A DNA stretch of 64,000 nucleotides from an uncultured Verrucomicrobiae bacterium (lineage in GTDB: Bacteria; Verrucomicrobiota; Verrucomicrobiia; Chthoniobacterales; Chthoniobacteraceae), in NCBI GenBank assembly GCA_963769025.1, contig CAVYKI010000006.1, positions 1-64,000 on the forward strand, in the 5' to 3' direction. The notes under the pieces are model-generated. The model had not been told where the DNA came from and did no database searches. It saw only the letters and a list, made by a program, of their open reading frames with translations. Below are positions 1 through 12,287 of this stretch, piece by piece. Every line of letters starts with the position of its first letter. The stretch's first letter is position 1. Position numbers and translations under genes: made by a program.

Positions 1-513
1 CCTTCCACGAGGGTGTTGGTCAGCGATGTGGTCTCCATGCGATTCGCCAATTGGATGATGTTGTTCGAACCGGTGGTTATGCTTCCGTTGCTGTCCACGA
101 CCCAGGCCGGGGACTGCGCCGAGCCTTCCGTGCCCAGTGCCGTACGAATCGCCGAGGCGTAGATGGTGCGCCCGGGGTCGCCATTCAATGGCGGTTGTGC
201 TGGTCGAGTTGCTGCGGACGCCTGCCGCACCAGAGGCCGCCAGTGTCATACCAAGTGGAGCCGAAGCCCGTGAAAACGTTGTCCGACAGGAGGCTGCCGA
301 TGTTGGCGATGTTGAGGATGTTCGCCGTGGCATCACGAAACGTGACGCCCGCGCCGACATTGAGCGCCACCGTGTTCGAGCCGCCGAACTGCTGGAAGAA
401 CAGCACGACGTCGCCGGGGGCGTAGTTGGGATTCTGCGCCATGGCAGACGATGCGGAAAGCGCCACGCCGACTGCGGCGGGATCGCTTTGGATAGGATGC
501 TAGTGGATTTCAT
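1..513 (-). CDS. Secreted protein, paralog of the PEP-CTERM protein at 1072-1971 (5' part only; runs off the window; frameshifted)
   Basis: ATG at 513 (MKSTSILSKA), signal peptide, mature start AQNPNYAPGDVVLFFQQFGGS closely matching AQNPNFAPGDLLLYFIQFGGS of the neighbour. Confidence 0.75.
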   Translation of the reverse strand, partial: MKSTSILSKAIPPQSAWRFPHRLPWRRIPTTPPATSCCSSSSSAARTRWRSMSARASRFVMPRRTSSTSPTSAASCRTTFSRASAPLGMTLAASGAAGVRSNSTSTTAIEWRPRAHHLRLGDSYGTGHGRLGAVPGLGRGQQRKHNHRFEQHHPIGESHGDHIADQHPRGR

Positions 514-1071
514 TACTTGCTTAGTTGTGTTAGTTGCGCGCCCGGTGCCCGCCGCCTGCCGGAGCAGGCGGGGGTTGCTGGTTACGCGGTGAGCTTAGGT
601 TGGAGTTGGCCCCGGAGCCGCCTGCGCTTGGGACGCTGGTGACCACCGGGTATGTCTGTTTATCAGACAGGCACACGAGCCGCCGACGGCTTTCACGGAC
701 AAGAAGTGTGTCGTAACGTTCACGTGCCGAAGGTTACGGGAGCGATAGTTGAGTGAACTCCCGCATACGGGAATATGTCGCCGCGTGTCGGAACACGCAC
801 TCGCATGGGAGCGCGGCGTGAATGCTGTGTTCATGAGCATTCCGAGGCGCAGCGCAATGCGGAGGCGGGTCTTTGTCACAGTGCGTTTGCGGAAGGGGAA
901 TGTTACAAAATCCAGACAAATGCAGCGAAGCCTAGTCATGCTGCCGGCGATGCTTGGGACCGGTTCCGCTGCCGCTGCTTGCGCGGAGCAGCACATCACT
1001 TGCAAATCCGCAAACTGCCGCCGGTTTGGATTTTGTTCCATGATCATCTTTCGACAAGCTAAACCCCGTAA

Positions 1072-1971
1072 TCACGCATTCCGGACGCGGCGGCGGCGGA
1101 CGAGACCGAAGATCGCCGAACCCGCCAGAAGGGCGACGGTCGCGGGCTCAGGGACCGGTTACGAAACGCTGCCCGTCTGACTGATGATGAAAGTGCCCTC
1201 GTAGGTGCCTTCGAGAGCCGAGTTGCCGGGTTCAACGACCGTTCCGACGGGGGCCGTGGTGGCGAGAATGCGGTAGAGGTCGAGCGCGCCTTCCGCATCT
1301 CGCCGCCGATGGTGCCGAAGGTGCCGGTATTGAACCTGCCCATCGTACCGCCCGGAAAGACACTGAACGAAACTGTCGGATTACCGTTAATGTTAAACAG
1401 GTTCTGGTTGTCCACGAATGAAGAGCCCGTGCCTTCCAGGAGGGTATTGGTCACGACGCCACCTCCAGGCGGTTCTGCATCTGGATGATGCCGTTCGAAC
1501 CGGTGGTCATGCTGCCACCGCTGTCCACGACCCAAACCGGCGATTCCGCTGTGCCATCCGTGCCGACCCCCGTGCGGGAAGCCGCCACGTAAATGGTCCG
1601 GCCAGGAGTCGCCATTCACCTGTGCGGTGGTGCTGGTTGAATTGCTGCGTACTGCGGCGAGACCCCAGAACATCGTTCGGGTCGTCATACCAGTCGGCGG
1701 GGTAGGCCGCCCCGGCGGGAGCGGTACCGGTCAGCGTGCCGCCGATATTGATGAAGTTCAGGCTATTTGCCGTCGCATCGCGGTAGCCATAGGCCGCACC
1801 GAGGTTCACCGGTACGGTTTGGGAACCGCCAAACTGAATGAAATAGAGTAACAGGTCACCCGGTGCAAAGTTGGGGTTCTGCGCACCGGCCGGTGCGACT
1901 GCGAAGCCGGTCACTGCGAGCGCCGTAAGCGCGGCTTTGTTAAATGCGGTTTTCAGGACGTTGGTCTTCAT
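1072..1971 (-). CDS. PEP-CTERM sorting domain protein (frameshifted)
   Basis: Signal peptide MKTNVLKTAFNKAALTALAVTGFAVAPAGA; C-terminus PVPEPATVALLAGSAIFGLVRRRRVRNA* (PEP motif, TM helix, Arg cluster). Confidence 0.85.
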
Positions 1972-2531
1972 GGAGTAGTTGGTTTTCGGCAGGCAGGCCG
2001 CCGTGTTGCAGGGTTTGTTGGTGAAGTTAGCAATGGCACGGTTCCAAACCTTCCCTATGGCTATGCGCCATGGGATTCCACGGAGGAGGACGCCTTATTT
2101 CTCTTACACCCAGCCTATGCAGGAAGGGTGGAGGCTACGTGGGTTTGGATCCGTTGTTCGACTGCCGTGACTTTCGCGGATTGCGCCCCTTTCTGGCAAC
2201 TTGCGGACGTAACGTTACGGTGTCGCGACGCGGAAGGCTATAGCCGCCAAATTGCCCGGCTAATCCGCTTTTTGTGTCGCCAAGCCGTAACACTAAGCGC
2301 GATTAAGACGCGGGAAAGCAGCGCGGAATCCGTGGCCGCCGCGTGGGTTTGCCTCCCGGAAAAACGCGACGTGGCGCCGCGGGGAGTTTCCCGGAATGTC
2401 ACCGGGCAGACGCAGTTTCGTCACGCACGCGATGCTGAATCGAAAGCCTATGCCGCCAATTCACCCGCACCTTTCACCCGGCGCTGCTCTCGTGCAGCCG
2501 CGCCGCCATATTAGCTAAGACGGGCTGGGAT

Positions 2532-4357
2532 ATGAAGAAACCAAGGAGTTGTAGACGCATTGGGCGGTCTGGATGCTGGTGGCTCTCGTTCTGGGCGCAG
2601 ACTTCGCCTGGCCGCGGCTGAAGGCGCGTTACCAGCGCTGGAATGCCGGCCAGTGGGTGCGGCAGGCGGAGGAATGGCTGGGCGGAAAGGATTTCCAGCG
2701 CGCCGTGCTCACTGCGCGGGCTGTGCTCGCGGTGGATCCCCAGAATGTGAGTGCGACCCGCATCATTGCCAAGGCCCTGGAAGCGTCCGGGGCACCCGAG
2801 GCGGCGCAGTGGCGAAACCGGCTGGATTCCCTCGATCCGGGCAATGTCGAGAACCTGCTCGCGCGGGCCGCCGACACCATCAAGGCCGGGGACATCGCGG
2901 CGACCGAGCGCGTGCTCGGGATGCTCCCTCCGGGTGCCCTGGAAACCGCGGCCTGCCATGAAATCCAGGCGCAACTTTCCACGGCAAATCGGGACACAGC
3001 CGCCGCCGAGCAGCACTGGGCCGAGGCGGTCCGGCTGGATCCGAACAGGATGCTACCGGCTGCCCTCGCGACCTTCCGAATGCGCTTGCGGGATGCCGCA
3101 TTCCGGGATGACGCGCTGGCCGTGCTCACGGAGCTGAGCGAGCAGTCTCCGAGGAATCTCCAGGCCATCCGCCTCCTGCTGGACGACGCACTGCGGCTCG
3201 AAGAATGGAAGCGGGCCGAACGCCTTTCCAAGATCCTCGCCGAGGCCCCCGCCGCGACCTTTGGCGACAAGCTCATGAAGCTTGCGTCGCTCCGCAGAAT
3301 CGGCACGCAGGAGGCGCCCGGCTACCTCAGGAGCTGCGCGATGGCGCGCTCTCCAAGCCGGACGAACTCTACACGCTCCACGTGGATGAATGAGAACAAA
3401 CTCGCAATGCTCGTCTCGGAAGCTGGACGGCGCGCACGCTGCCGCGGGATGTGACCGGTGCGCCGCCGGTCTGCGTGGCGGTCGCGGATGCGTATGCCAG
3501 GTCTTCGGAATGGCGAAGGCTGCGCGAGTTTCTGGAGGATTGCACATGGGGTGATTCCGATAACCTGCGCCGCATCTTTCTCTTCCTCGCACTCGAACGG
3601 CTGGATGAACCCGAACTGGCGCAAGAATGGAAGGACGGCCTCGCCGCCGCCCGCAGCCGGAGGATTCCATGCAGCGCATCGAAAGGGTGGCGCGCATCGC
3701 CGTGAACTGGAGATGGAACAGCGGGCGGAGCAGGTCATGTGGACGCTCGCCGCTTCGCCCGGCTGCCCGCGCTGGGTGCTGACACCCTCTGGGGCGTCCT
3801 GGAACCGCTCGGACACCGCGCAGTTGCAAAAGCTCGCGGGCATCCTTGCCCAGGCCGATTCAAAATCCGCCATCGTCCGTAACCGCTACGCCTTTTTCAC
3901 CCTGCTCATCCGCTCCGAGGCCGGCAACCCGCACCGCGAGGCGGAAAAGCTCTTCAACGAAAACCCCGGCAATGCTGCCATCGCCATCACGCGCGGCCTT
4001 TCGCTCCACCAGCAGGGCAAGCACGCCGAAGCCGTCGCGGTGACTGGCAGCTTGCCGTCCGAAGAACTCCAGAAGCCGCAGGTCGCGCTCTACCACGCCA
4101 TCTTCCTCACCGCCGCCGGATCCGATGAGGCCGCCGAGTTCCTGCCCGTGGCACAGGAATGGAAGATGTTTGCGGAGGAAAGGGCGCTGCTGGAGCGGGC
4201 GCAACTGGCAGTCACCAAGGCGGCGGATGAACTGAGTGTCGCTGAAGCCACCAAGGCGGCAAAGGCATCGCGAGCTGCAAGGGAACTGGAGGCTGACAAG
4301 GCGGTGGAAGCGGCACGGGCCGCAAGAGCTGCACAGAGCGCGGGTGCCGCGAAATGA
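2532..4357 (+). CDS. Membrane-anchored TPR-like protein (frameshifted), paralog of 27348-29540 and 30571-32355
   Basis: N-terminal TM helix then helical repeats; motifs RNRYAFFTLL and QKPQVALYHAIFL resemble those in both paralogs; pieces 2573-3454, 3451-3705, 3458-4357. Confidence 0.75.
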
Positions 4358-4524
4358 ACAAGGCTTTGGAAACAAAAATTAGGCCAGGATGCCGAATGGC
4401 ACCAACACGTCTCGATTCGTAGAATGAAATCCGGGTGTCAAGCCGTCGCAGTCGGCACCTCGCGTGTGCTCCCAAGAATTGTCATGCCCGCAAGATGCCG
4501 CTCAAACCGAATTTGAAAGAAAAC

Positions 4525-4549
4525 CCCGACTAGCTTGCGCTAGTTCGGG
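4525..4549 (-). terminator. Probable intrinsic terminator after radC-like gene
   Basis: CCCGACTAG-cttgcg-CTAGTTCGGG imperfect hairpin followed by a T-run on the minus strand. Confidence 0.45.
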
Positions 4550-4559
4550 TCTGTGCGGA

Positions 4560-5063
4560 CTAAATGAGGCCCGCTTTCGGAAGGAACAATGGCGATTGTG
4601 GCCGACGATGATGTGGTCGGTCACATGGATACGGAGGATTCGTCCGGCTTCGACGAGGGTTCGTGCGATTCGCCGGGCCCGCTTGCGAAGGCGTGGGGTC
4701 GCCGCTCGGATGATTGTGCATCATCACGACCGCGAACGCCGCGCCAATCACTGCGGCACGGAACACCTCCCTCGGATGGGACATCGTTTCGTTGAGGCAA
4801 CCGATGGAAACGAGATGATGCCCGCGAATCCGCAACTTCACGTTGAGCAGCAGGACGGCGACACATTCCACGTCGGGATTGAAGTGGGGGGCGATCGCGA
4901 TGTGCCTGCGCCAGTATCCACCGCCTGTTGCGGAATCTCACACGCCGGTAGATCGTCTGGTGCGGTTTCCCGCAGCGAGACAATCTTCCACTCATGCGCG
5001 CCTTTCGCCTTTGCCGGCATCCGTTGCGACGGTTGCCACGGGAACAGGTCAGGCTGGTGTCAT
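4560..5063 (-). CDS. RadC/JAB domain protein (frameshifted)
   Basis: HPREVFRAAV...MMHNHPSGDPTPS JAB motif. Confidence 0.9.
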
Positions 5064-5373
5064 CGCTTCGCCTCCTTTCGCGCTTGCTGCGCTCGCTTTT
5101 GCCGACAACTCTTGCGATTCAGAATGTCGATCTCGAGTTGAAGCTATCGGACAATGATGGGCGGCGGGACGGAACCGGACGTGCTTGTCGAACAGCGTCG
5201 TGAATTCGCCGCGGGGGCTGGTTCACGAGCACGACGGCGGCGGACTCGGTGACCCGAATGACTCTGCCGAGTTTGCCGTCAATCCGCACATAGTCATTCA
5301 CGCGCAGCCGGAACGGATGGCGGAGCGGCGGCTCCCATAGGGGCAGCACGGCTTGTTCACCGTTGGTGCTCAT
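5060..5373 (-). CDS. Small hypothetical protein of the island (frameshifted)
   Basis: MSTNGEQAVLPLWEPP...LRVNDYVRIDGKLGRVIRV; stop appears to overlap the radC ATG (ATGA); GGAGG upstream. Confidence 0.5.
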
Positions 5374-6409
5374 GGCGGGCCTCCCCGGATTTGTTCCAAC
5401 TCCGCAGCGCTCAAGTTGCTCCGGCTGCATGTCCGGTTCGCGAAAGACGAACGTCTTGACGAAGCAGAGCTTCGACAGACGCGCAGCGATTTCACCGCGC
5501 GCCGCTCTTGCCGGCGTCATCTTCATCGAGCATGAGCACGATGCGGCTCTGCGGGTTCACTGCCGCCGCGATCAAGTTTCTCCTGCGTGCGGTGACAAAG
5601 AACTTCCCATGAGCGCCACAACACGGCGAATGCCGTGCTGCCACAGCCAGATGCAGTCGAAGAATCCCTCGACGATATACAGCGGTGCCGTCCTGCGGCT
5701 CGCGCATCGCGCGGTGGAGATTGAAAACCTCCTGCGCTTTGCGAAAGCCCGGCGGCAGCTTGTATTTCGGCGTGTCCTCGTCCGGCGGCGTGCCGGGCCA
5801 GCGTCCCGCGTAAGCGACAAGCTGGCCTTCGGCATTGTGAATCGGGACGACGATGCGCCCCGTCATGCTGCCTTTCTGGCAGTAGCCGAGGCCGAACTCC
5901 GCGATGGTCTCCGCGCTCAACCCGCGCTCCGCGAGATACGGATGCGCGGTGTCGAGATTCTGCAACGCGAAGCCGAGCGGCTTGTTCGGACCGTCCTCGT
6001 CGGGACTCGGCGATTTCGCTTTCGCTGCCTTCGGTCGGGGCTCCGCTTTCGGCGGCGCCTCCGGCGTGGGCGGTTCTCCGGCGTCCTTGGCAGGCCGCGC
6101 CGGCTTCTCCTGCGTCGGCAACTGAAACCAGTCGCACAACGCGAGCGCCGCTTCGCGGAGGGAACACCCCTCCTTGCGCGCGACGAAATCCAGAACGTTT
6201 CCGCCACCCTTGCAGGTGCCGAAACAATTCCAGCAGTTCTTTTCCAGCGAGACGCGAAACTGCGTCCGGTTCTCTCCCCCATGAAGCGGGCAAGGCCCGC
6301 TGAGGCTGTTCCCCGAGCGCTTGAACGATTCGGCAAGGCCGTAGTGTTCGAGCACCTGGAGCATGGAGACGGCAGCCTTCACCGCCTTGAAGTCCACGAA
6401 TCGGGACAT
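5357..6409 (-). CDS. DnaG-like DNA primase (CHC2 zinc finger + TOPRIM; frameshifted)
   Basis: CPLH...WNCFGTC zinc finger, RIVVPIHN...AYAGR, YIVEGFFD and LMLDED toprim motifs in adjacent frames; GGAGG RBS. Confidence 0.9.
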
Positions 6410-6519
6410 GGCTTTTCCTCCTGTGAAGGTTCATGGGTGGCCGCGCGAAGTGCCCGGCTGATTCCCATTCCTGATTCTATCACAGACGCCCGAGAAATGG
6501 AAAAGACCCCGACAGACTT

Positions 6520-6750
6520 TCATCGGTCGGGATCTTGTGTTGGATCATTGCCAGTGCTCGATCCGGCGGCGCACGTTTTCGCAGTGCCACGCCTCTTTTC
6601 GATCAGGATGAAGCGCCGTCCGCAACTTCGCGCGGCGAATCCCGTCGAACCTGATCCGGCAAAGGTGTCGAGCACGATGTCGCCGGGATGCGAGTATGCG
6701 CAAATGAGCGGCAGCAGCGCCGCGACGGGTTTTTGCGTGGGATGCGAGGC
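6520..6750 (-). pseudogene. C-terminal remnant of an N4/N6 DNA methyltransferase
   Basis: HPTQKPVAAL...GDIVLDTFAGSGSTG...RRFILIE; no N-terminal DPPY half upstream (helicase gene instead). Confidence 0.8.
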
Positions 6751-6775
6751 GCACCGGCGCTGTTTCGGCTTTTGC

Positions 6776-8662
6776 TTAGCTTTCGATGACTTCGATGGCC
6801 ACACCGGCGGCTTCGAGAAGGTCGTAGTAACGCGCTATTGTTTGCGTCTTTGCCCGCGGCCATTTCGCTGGTCTGCGAAGGTAAAAAGCACGCGTTCTTC
6901 CGCCCGTGAGAAGGCCACGAAAAAGTTGCACTCTTCCTCGGCTGGATTGCCCTGCGGATGGTGAAAGGCGAAGTCTTCCAAGCCGAGAACGATGACGGTG
7001 TGAAACTCAAGACCCTTGCTCTTGGCGATCGTCATGATCGGGATGCTGTTCACTCCGAGAAAGATCATCGAGCGCCGCGCTCCAGTTCGGATTCCGTCCG
7101 CGCGTCTCCGCCAACGTCCGCGCGCAATCGCGAATGGTCTTCTCGAAAAAGTCGCCCTGAATATATTGCGGGTGCAGACGGCGGAACGTGGGCTGGTCAA
7201 CGAAATCAATCATCGCACGGATCAACTCGAGCACTTCCTCAATCGTCGTCGCAGCGGCGAGAGGTTCGCGAAGCGAGCCGATCATTTCGACGAGTTCGCG
7301 ACCGAGGCCGGTGGCCGAAGTTTCGTCTTCGGCCAGACCTCGTGCTTGCATGAGGATGTCGGTAAGCGCACTCCAACTGGCTGCATCCCGCGGCTGGCTG
7401 GAGAGTCGGAGAAAGGCGCACACCATGGCCGTCAGAGGTTCGGCGAGCAGGTCTTGGAGGTCGTTCTCCACCCGGCTTTGAATTTGCCGCTCTGCCAGCG
7501 CCGCACGCAGAGCTTGGGAGAATGAGTCCGCAAGTTTCCGAACGAGGATGCAGATGTCGGCAGCCGCGAGACCGTCGGCCTGCATCCATTCCTCAATCTT
7601 TCCCGCGAGATATGCAGCCTCCGTCGCGTCATCTGGAAACACCAATAGCCGACACTCACCATCGCCATCGGCACCGTCGTTAGCCGCACGCGGCATCGAG
7701 CTTTGAGGGTCGATGGATGCGATGAGGTGATGCTGGATAGCCACGAGGCGCGGGGCGGAGCGATAGTTCATCTCCAAGTCGCGCGGGCGGGCATGGAATT
7801 CGCGGCTGAACACGTCGAAGACGCCTTCCAACGCACCGGCCCAAAGCATGATGCGTTGCTTGTGGTCGCCGACCGCAGTGAGCACCGCATCCGAGCCGTG
7901 GAAAGCGGTGTGGAGAAGGCGATACTGAACCCCGTTGGTGTCCTGAAATTCGTCGAGGAATACGAATGCGTAGGTGGCCCGCAGTGCGTCCCGGATTGCA
8001 GGGTTGGAGCGCAGAAGTAATTCGGCGAGACAGCCGAGCATTTGAAAATTCACAACTGACTTCTCTCCCTCGTGCAATGCGTGCTGCCAGAACACCCAAC
8101 GCCCTTTGGCTGCCGCGTCCGCGTCTGGCGCGAGTTCGCCTGGAAGTTCGCGTCCAACCGCGTGTTTCTTGAAAAACACCCCAGCATCCACGCCTTGAAG
8201 TTGTCGCAGTGAGAGACCGGTTTCCGCGCCTGCCAGCGCATTGACCCGCTCTCGCAAGGGGGCTTTCTCGAACGTCGCGAAGTCGATCAAGTAGTCAGCC
8301 GTGGGGCGCAGTGCTTCCGGCAAGGCCAGACGGAAACGATCTACAAGGCTCTTCGCGAACGCATCGAAAGTGAACGAATTGAAGCGTCGCGCGAGGGAAG
8401 CGCCACAGCGCAGGGCCACGCGCTCGCGGAGATTCTTCGCGGCGTCGCGTTTGAAACTGATGGCGAGGATCGCTCGCGGTGCGGGGCAGAGACCGGTTTC
8501 CAAAAGGTAGCTCGCACGCTGCGCGAGCAGTTCTGTCTTTCCCGCGCCGGGACCGGCGATGACCAGAGCCGTCTCCGCGTCACGCACCGCCGCCTCGGCC
8601 TTTGGCTCCAGCGCGGTCACGCCTTGCGGAACCCATTCGGCGGGGGAAATGCGCCGGCTCAT
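6776..8662 (-). CDS. gajB: UvrD-like helicase, Gabija GajB (frameshifted near the 3' end)
   Basis: AGPGAGKT, FLDEFQDT, VGDHKQRIM, NYRS, TIAKSKGLEF, FFVAFSRA; ATGA-coupled to the OLD nuclease. Confidence 0.85.
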
Positions 8663-10683
8663 TGCTCGGCAGGCGGCGGATTGAGAGTGTTTTCGATTCG
8701 ATGAATCAGGCGAGTCAACACCTCCGGCGCGTCTTCGACGAGTTCATCATCTTCGAGCTGATTGAGGGCCAGCAGATGCGTGGACGGTTTTCCGCGTCCA
8801 AGGAAAAGATACGAATACCAGATGAACGCGTGCTTTTCGTCGTCGGTGTAGGTCTGCCCGTCCCCACCTTCCGCTTTGAGGACCGCGCGGCCTGCCCGCA
8901 AAATCCGGCGGGCGTAAGCCTCCGCTTCTTCCGGTATCTGTGGCCCGCCTCCCTCGTGTGCTGTGGCGTGGTATTCCTCGGGAAACGCTTCGAGCATCAC
9001 GAAATCAAGGTCGAGCGGCGCGGAGAAGAATACGCCGAAATTCTCCAGATGTTCGATCCAAGTGGCCATGTTTTCGACATCCGTGACATCCCACTCAGCC
9101 ATCTCCTCCAGTTCTTCATCCGAGAGCACACTGCCTTCGGAGTCGGCAAGCAATCTCGGGCGGAGCAACGGTCGAAAGGTGAGCAACTGCGTGATGGCGT
9201 AATGGATTCTGCCCCACCCGCCTCCGCTGCGTTCGCGATCGAGGTCAAGCAGCGTCACATGCGGGATGCCCAAGTCCCCCAGTAGTCGCCAGAAATGATT
9301 TACATGGCGGCCACCGAGCGGCACGACAGAGACGAAACGGCGATCCAGTGGCAAACCGAGCGCAGTCGCAAGGCGTGGAAGCACGATCTCTTCGCTGTCT
9401 CCCTCGCACAGCACCACGAGGCTTGCGAAGTAAAGTTCTGGAAACGCGCGGACGGCTTCCTTCACGTATTTATGGACCTCGCCCTCGTCCGCGTTGGGCA
9501 GGCGAATCGCCCGCACGGCCGCAATTCCGGTCTGCGAATCGAGACGGAAGTGCCGCACTCGCTCCGGTGCCACGCGACCCAGGATCGCTGGCGACTGGCT
9601 GCTCAGGAGCACCTGCGCATTCGCGCGTCCTGCGAGTTGATGTAACAACGTGAGAATCCGACCGAGATAGTGCGGCGCGAGATGATTCTCCGGCTCCTCC
9701 ACCGCGAACACCGTCAACGCAGGCAGCGCACCTTCATCGAATTCCAACACCGGTTCCTCGCCGCCTTCCTCTGCTGCTTCACGGGCGGCCTCCTCAATCG
9801 CGAAACGTGCGCCGACCAGCGAAAAGTAAAACAGCGACCGGAGCCCGTCGCTGAGACGCTCCAGCGGTTGGGCACGCGCCCCGTCGCTGGGGCGAAACAT
9901 CGCTTCCACCTGCCGGAGCAAATCTTCAAACCGTGCGCTCAGCGGCTGCAACTGCACGTTCTGATAAGCCGCAAGCTCGTGCAGCTCCGTCCATTGCTCG
10001 ACGATGGCTGCCTCGATTCGCTGCACGCCTGGCTCGCCGCGAAATGCTGTCTGCACGTTCGCGGCAGCTTCCTCCGCGGTCTCTCGCGTAGCATCGGACC
10101 ACTGCACCGCCTTGAGCAGCGGATGAATCAACGAACCTGCGACATGGCGCAAATGCCGCGCCGGATCGCGCGTAGCCGGAACGTAGAGAACCTGAATTCG
10201 CCCGCGGTCGAAGCTGTTCATCTTCACCTTGTCGTCGTCGGTCACTTCCTCCTCCGCCGTGCGAATCCATGAAATCGACTCCTCGATTTCACCTTCGGGC
10301 TGGTGCGAGGATCGCCATGTCCCCTCCAATCGAACCCGGCAAAATGGCACCTCGTCGGGAGCCTCCACGACCATCTGATTGAAACACTCCGGGACTGCGC
10401 CCACCTCGCCCTCCGCCAACTCTGGAAACTCCAGCCGGGCCTCGACATAAAGCGATAGCTCGTCCGGTTCGTCCTCGTCCTCAGCCGCTGGCGGGACGTG
10501 AAAGTCGGTTCGGGTCAGCCTGCGTTCCGCTCCCGTCCCGAAAAGCCGCACCAACGCCTGAAGTGCAGCCGTTTTCCCAGCTCCGTTGGTGCCAATGAAC
10601 GCGGTGAGGTCATCGAATTCCAGCGTCACCGCGTTTTCTCCGAAGCATCGGAAGTTGCTTAGCGTTAGCGTGCTTATTCTCAT
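8659..10683 (-). CDS. gajA: OLD-family ABC ATPase/TOPRIM nuclease, Gabija GajA
   Basis: NFRCF, GTNGAGKT Walker A, LSDG signature, VEEPENHL Walker B, VLCEGDSE and LLDLD toprim motifs; followed by UvrD. Confidence 0.88.
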   Translation of the reverse strand: MRISTLTLSNFRCFGENAVTLEFDDLTAFIGTNGAGKTAALQALVRLFGTGAERRLTRTDFHVPPAAEDEDEPDELSLYVEARLEFPELAEGEVGAVPECFNQMVVEAPDEVPFCRVRLEGTWRSSHQPEGEIEESISWIRTAEEEVTDDDKVKMNSFDRGRIQVLYVPATRDPARHLRHVAGSLIHPLLKAVQWSDATRETAEEAAANVQTAFRGEPGVQRIEAAIVEQWTELHELAAYQNVQLQPLSARFEDLLRQVEAMFRPSDGARAQPLERLSDGLRSLFYFSLVGARFAIEEAAREAAEEGGEEPVLEFDEGALPALTVFAVEEPENHLAPHYLGRILTLLHQLAGRANAQVLLSSQSPAILGRVAPERVRHFRLDSQTGIAAVRAIRLPNADEGEVHKYVKEAVRAFPELYFASLVVLCEGDSEEIVLPRLATALGLPLDRRFVSVVPLGGRHVNHFWRLLGDLGIPHVTLLDLDRERSGGGWGRIHYAITQLLTFRPLLRPRLLADSEGSVLSDEELEEMAEWDVTDVENMATWIEHLENFGVFFSAPLDLDFVMLEAFPEEYHATAHEGGGPQIPEEAEAYARRILRAGRAVLKAEGGDGQTYTDDEKHAFIWYSYLFLGRGKPSTHLLALNQLEDDELVEDAPEVLTRLIHRIENTLNPPPAEQ

Positions 10684-10955
10684 ATCCTGATCGGTTTAAG
10701 CGAAGCCGCTTGCATCCGCATTCCGAATCAAAATTTGGTCTCGGACATGACAAACCAGCCGCACACGCATACCCGCAGTCTGGCCGGAAAACAGTGGCAA
10801 CTCCAATAAAATACCGGGGATGCGGTCGTGTTCCAGCGAGAGTGGCACGATGGTGTTGCGGATCACGCCACCAGTTAAACGGCGCTAATGAAAAGGACGG
10901 CGAGCTGTCATCTGAGTCCAATCCACAATTCACCATTTCCGCGTATCGCGCGACT

Positions 10956-12287
10956 TCAAAGCCGCACGGGCAGAAATGGAATCCGACCCTTCCGAATTCT
11001 GCGCGGATCGTTGTCTTGGCAGGTGAGCCATCGTTCAATCTTCGCCTCAACGTTCGTGCGCTTGGCGGCATATTTTTCGCGTGAGAGGGCGATGAGTTTT
11101 TCACGTCTGCCGACGTGGTGCTCGATGGCGGCAGGGTTTGCGCGCGGAAGGCTTCGCGGGTTTGACCGTCATCGGAAAGACGCGCGATGACTTCGAAGCG
11201 GTCGAGCCCGACGAAAGTCTCCAGCGCATAGGTCTTGCCAAATTCTCGTTGCAAGACCTCGGCATCGGCATTGCCGACACGGAAGGAAATGAGGGAGCCG
11301 ACGTTGCCAAAGACTGCGCTGCGCACCGGGAGCGGCACCTGCTCGATGTATTGATGTGCGAGCGCGAGGCAGAGGCGGTATTTGCGCGCCTCGGATAGGA
11401 TGGAAGTGAAGGCGTCGGTGGTGAAATTGTGGAATTCGTCGAGGAACAAAAAGAAGTCGCGCCTCTCGTTTTCGGGCTGATTCACACGGGCCATCGCGCC
11501 GAGTTGGAACTGCGTGGTGAGCAGGCTGCCGAGAAGGTTCGCCTTGTCCGCGCCGAGTTTTCCTTTCGAGAGATTGGCGATGAAAATGCGGCCGGTATTC
11601 ATCATAAACGGAATGCTCACTTTGGTGCGCACCTGGCCGAGAATGTTTCGGACAACGGGGTTGAGCAGGAATTGGCCGAGCTTGTTTTGAATCGGCGCGA
11701 TGGCCTCGCGCTGGAAGCGCGTGTCGTATTGCTCGTATTCGTCCGTCCAGAATGCGCGCACGAACGGGTCGCGCACTTTCGCCACGATGCGGCGGCGATA
11801 GTCGGCATCGGTGAGCATCCGATTCACGCCGAGCAGGGAAGTGTTCGGACAGTCGAGCAACGCGGCGATGGCGTTGTAGAGAATGTATTCGAGACGCGGC
11901 CCCCACGAGTCCCGCCAGATGCTCTTGAATGCGCCGACAATGCCGCTGGCGACAAGATGCCGGTCGTCCGGCGCGACGTTGGCGATGAGGTTGAGGCCGA
12001 TGGGGAAGTCGAGGTCGCCGGGATTGAAATACACCAAGTCGTCGGCGCGATGCGGAGGGATGCAGTCGAGGAGTTCTTCGGCGAGGTCGCCGTGCGGATC
12101 AATCAGTGCCGACGCCGTGCCCGGCGGCAATGTGCTGCACGATGAGATTGCGAAGCAGCGTCGTTTTTCCCGAACCCGTTTTTCCGATGAGGTAGAGATG
12201 CTGCCTGCGGTCGGACAGCGAAAGGCCGACGGGATGAACCCCGCCCCAAATCTCGCGCGTGCCGATGTGTGAAAAATGTTCGTCCAT
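10956..12287 (-). CDS. VirD4/TraD-like coupling ATPase without a TM anchor (frameshifted)
   Basis: HLYLIGKTGSGKTT, IDPHGD, FLDEFHNF, SEARKYRL, AHQY, GNVGSLISFRVG. Confidence 0.85.

Noticed and set aside
595..1047. ORFs in the spacers between PEP-CTERM genes (also 1979-2514)
   Set aside because: No protein-like composition or motifs; more consistent with regulatory DNA. No riboswitch or tRNA was recognised
10610..10955. Extended C-terminus of the VirD4-like ORF overlapping gajA
   Set aside because: Frameshift artefact; the natural tail (SREKYA...IERWL) ends at 10956 in another frame
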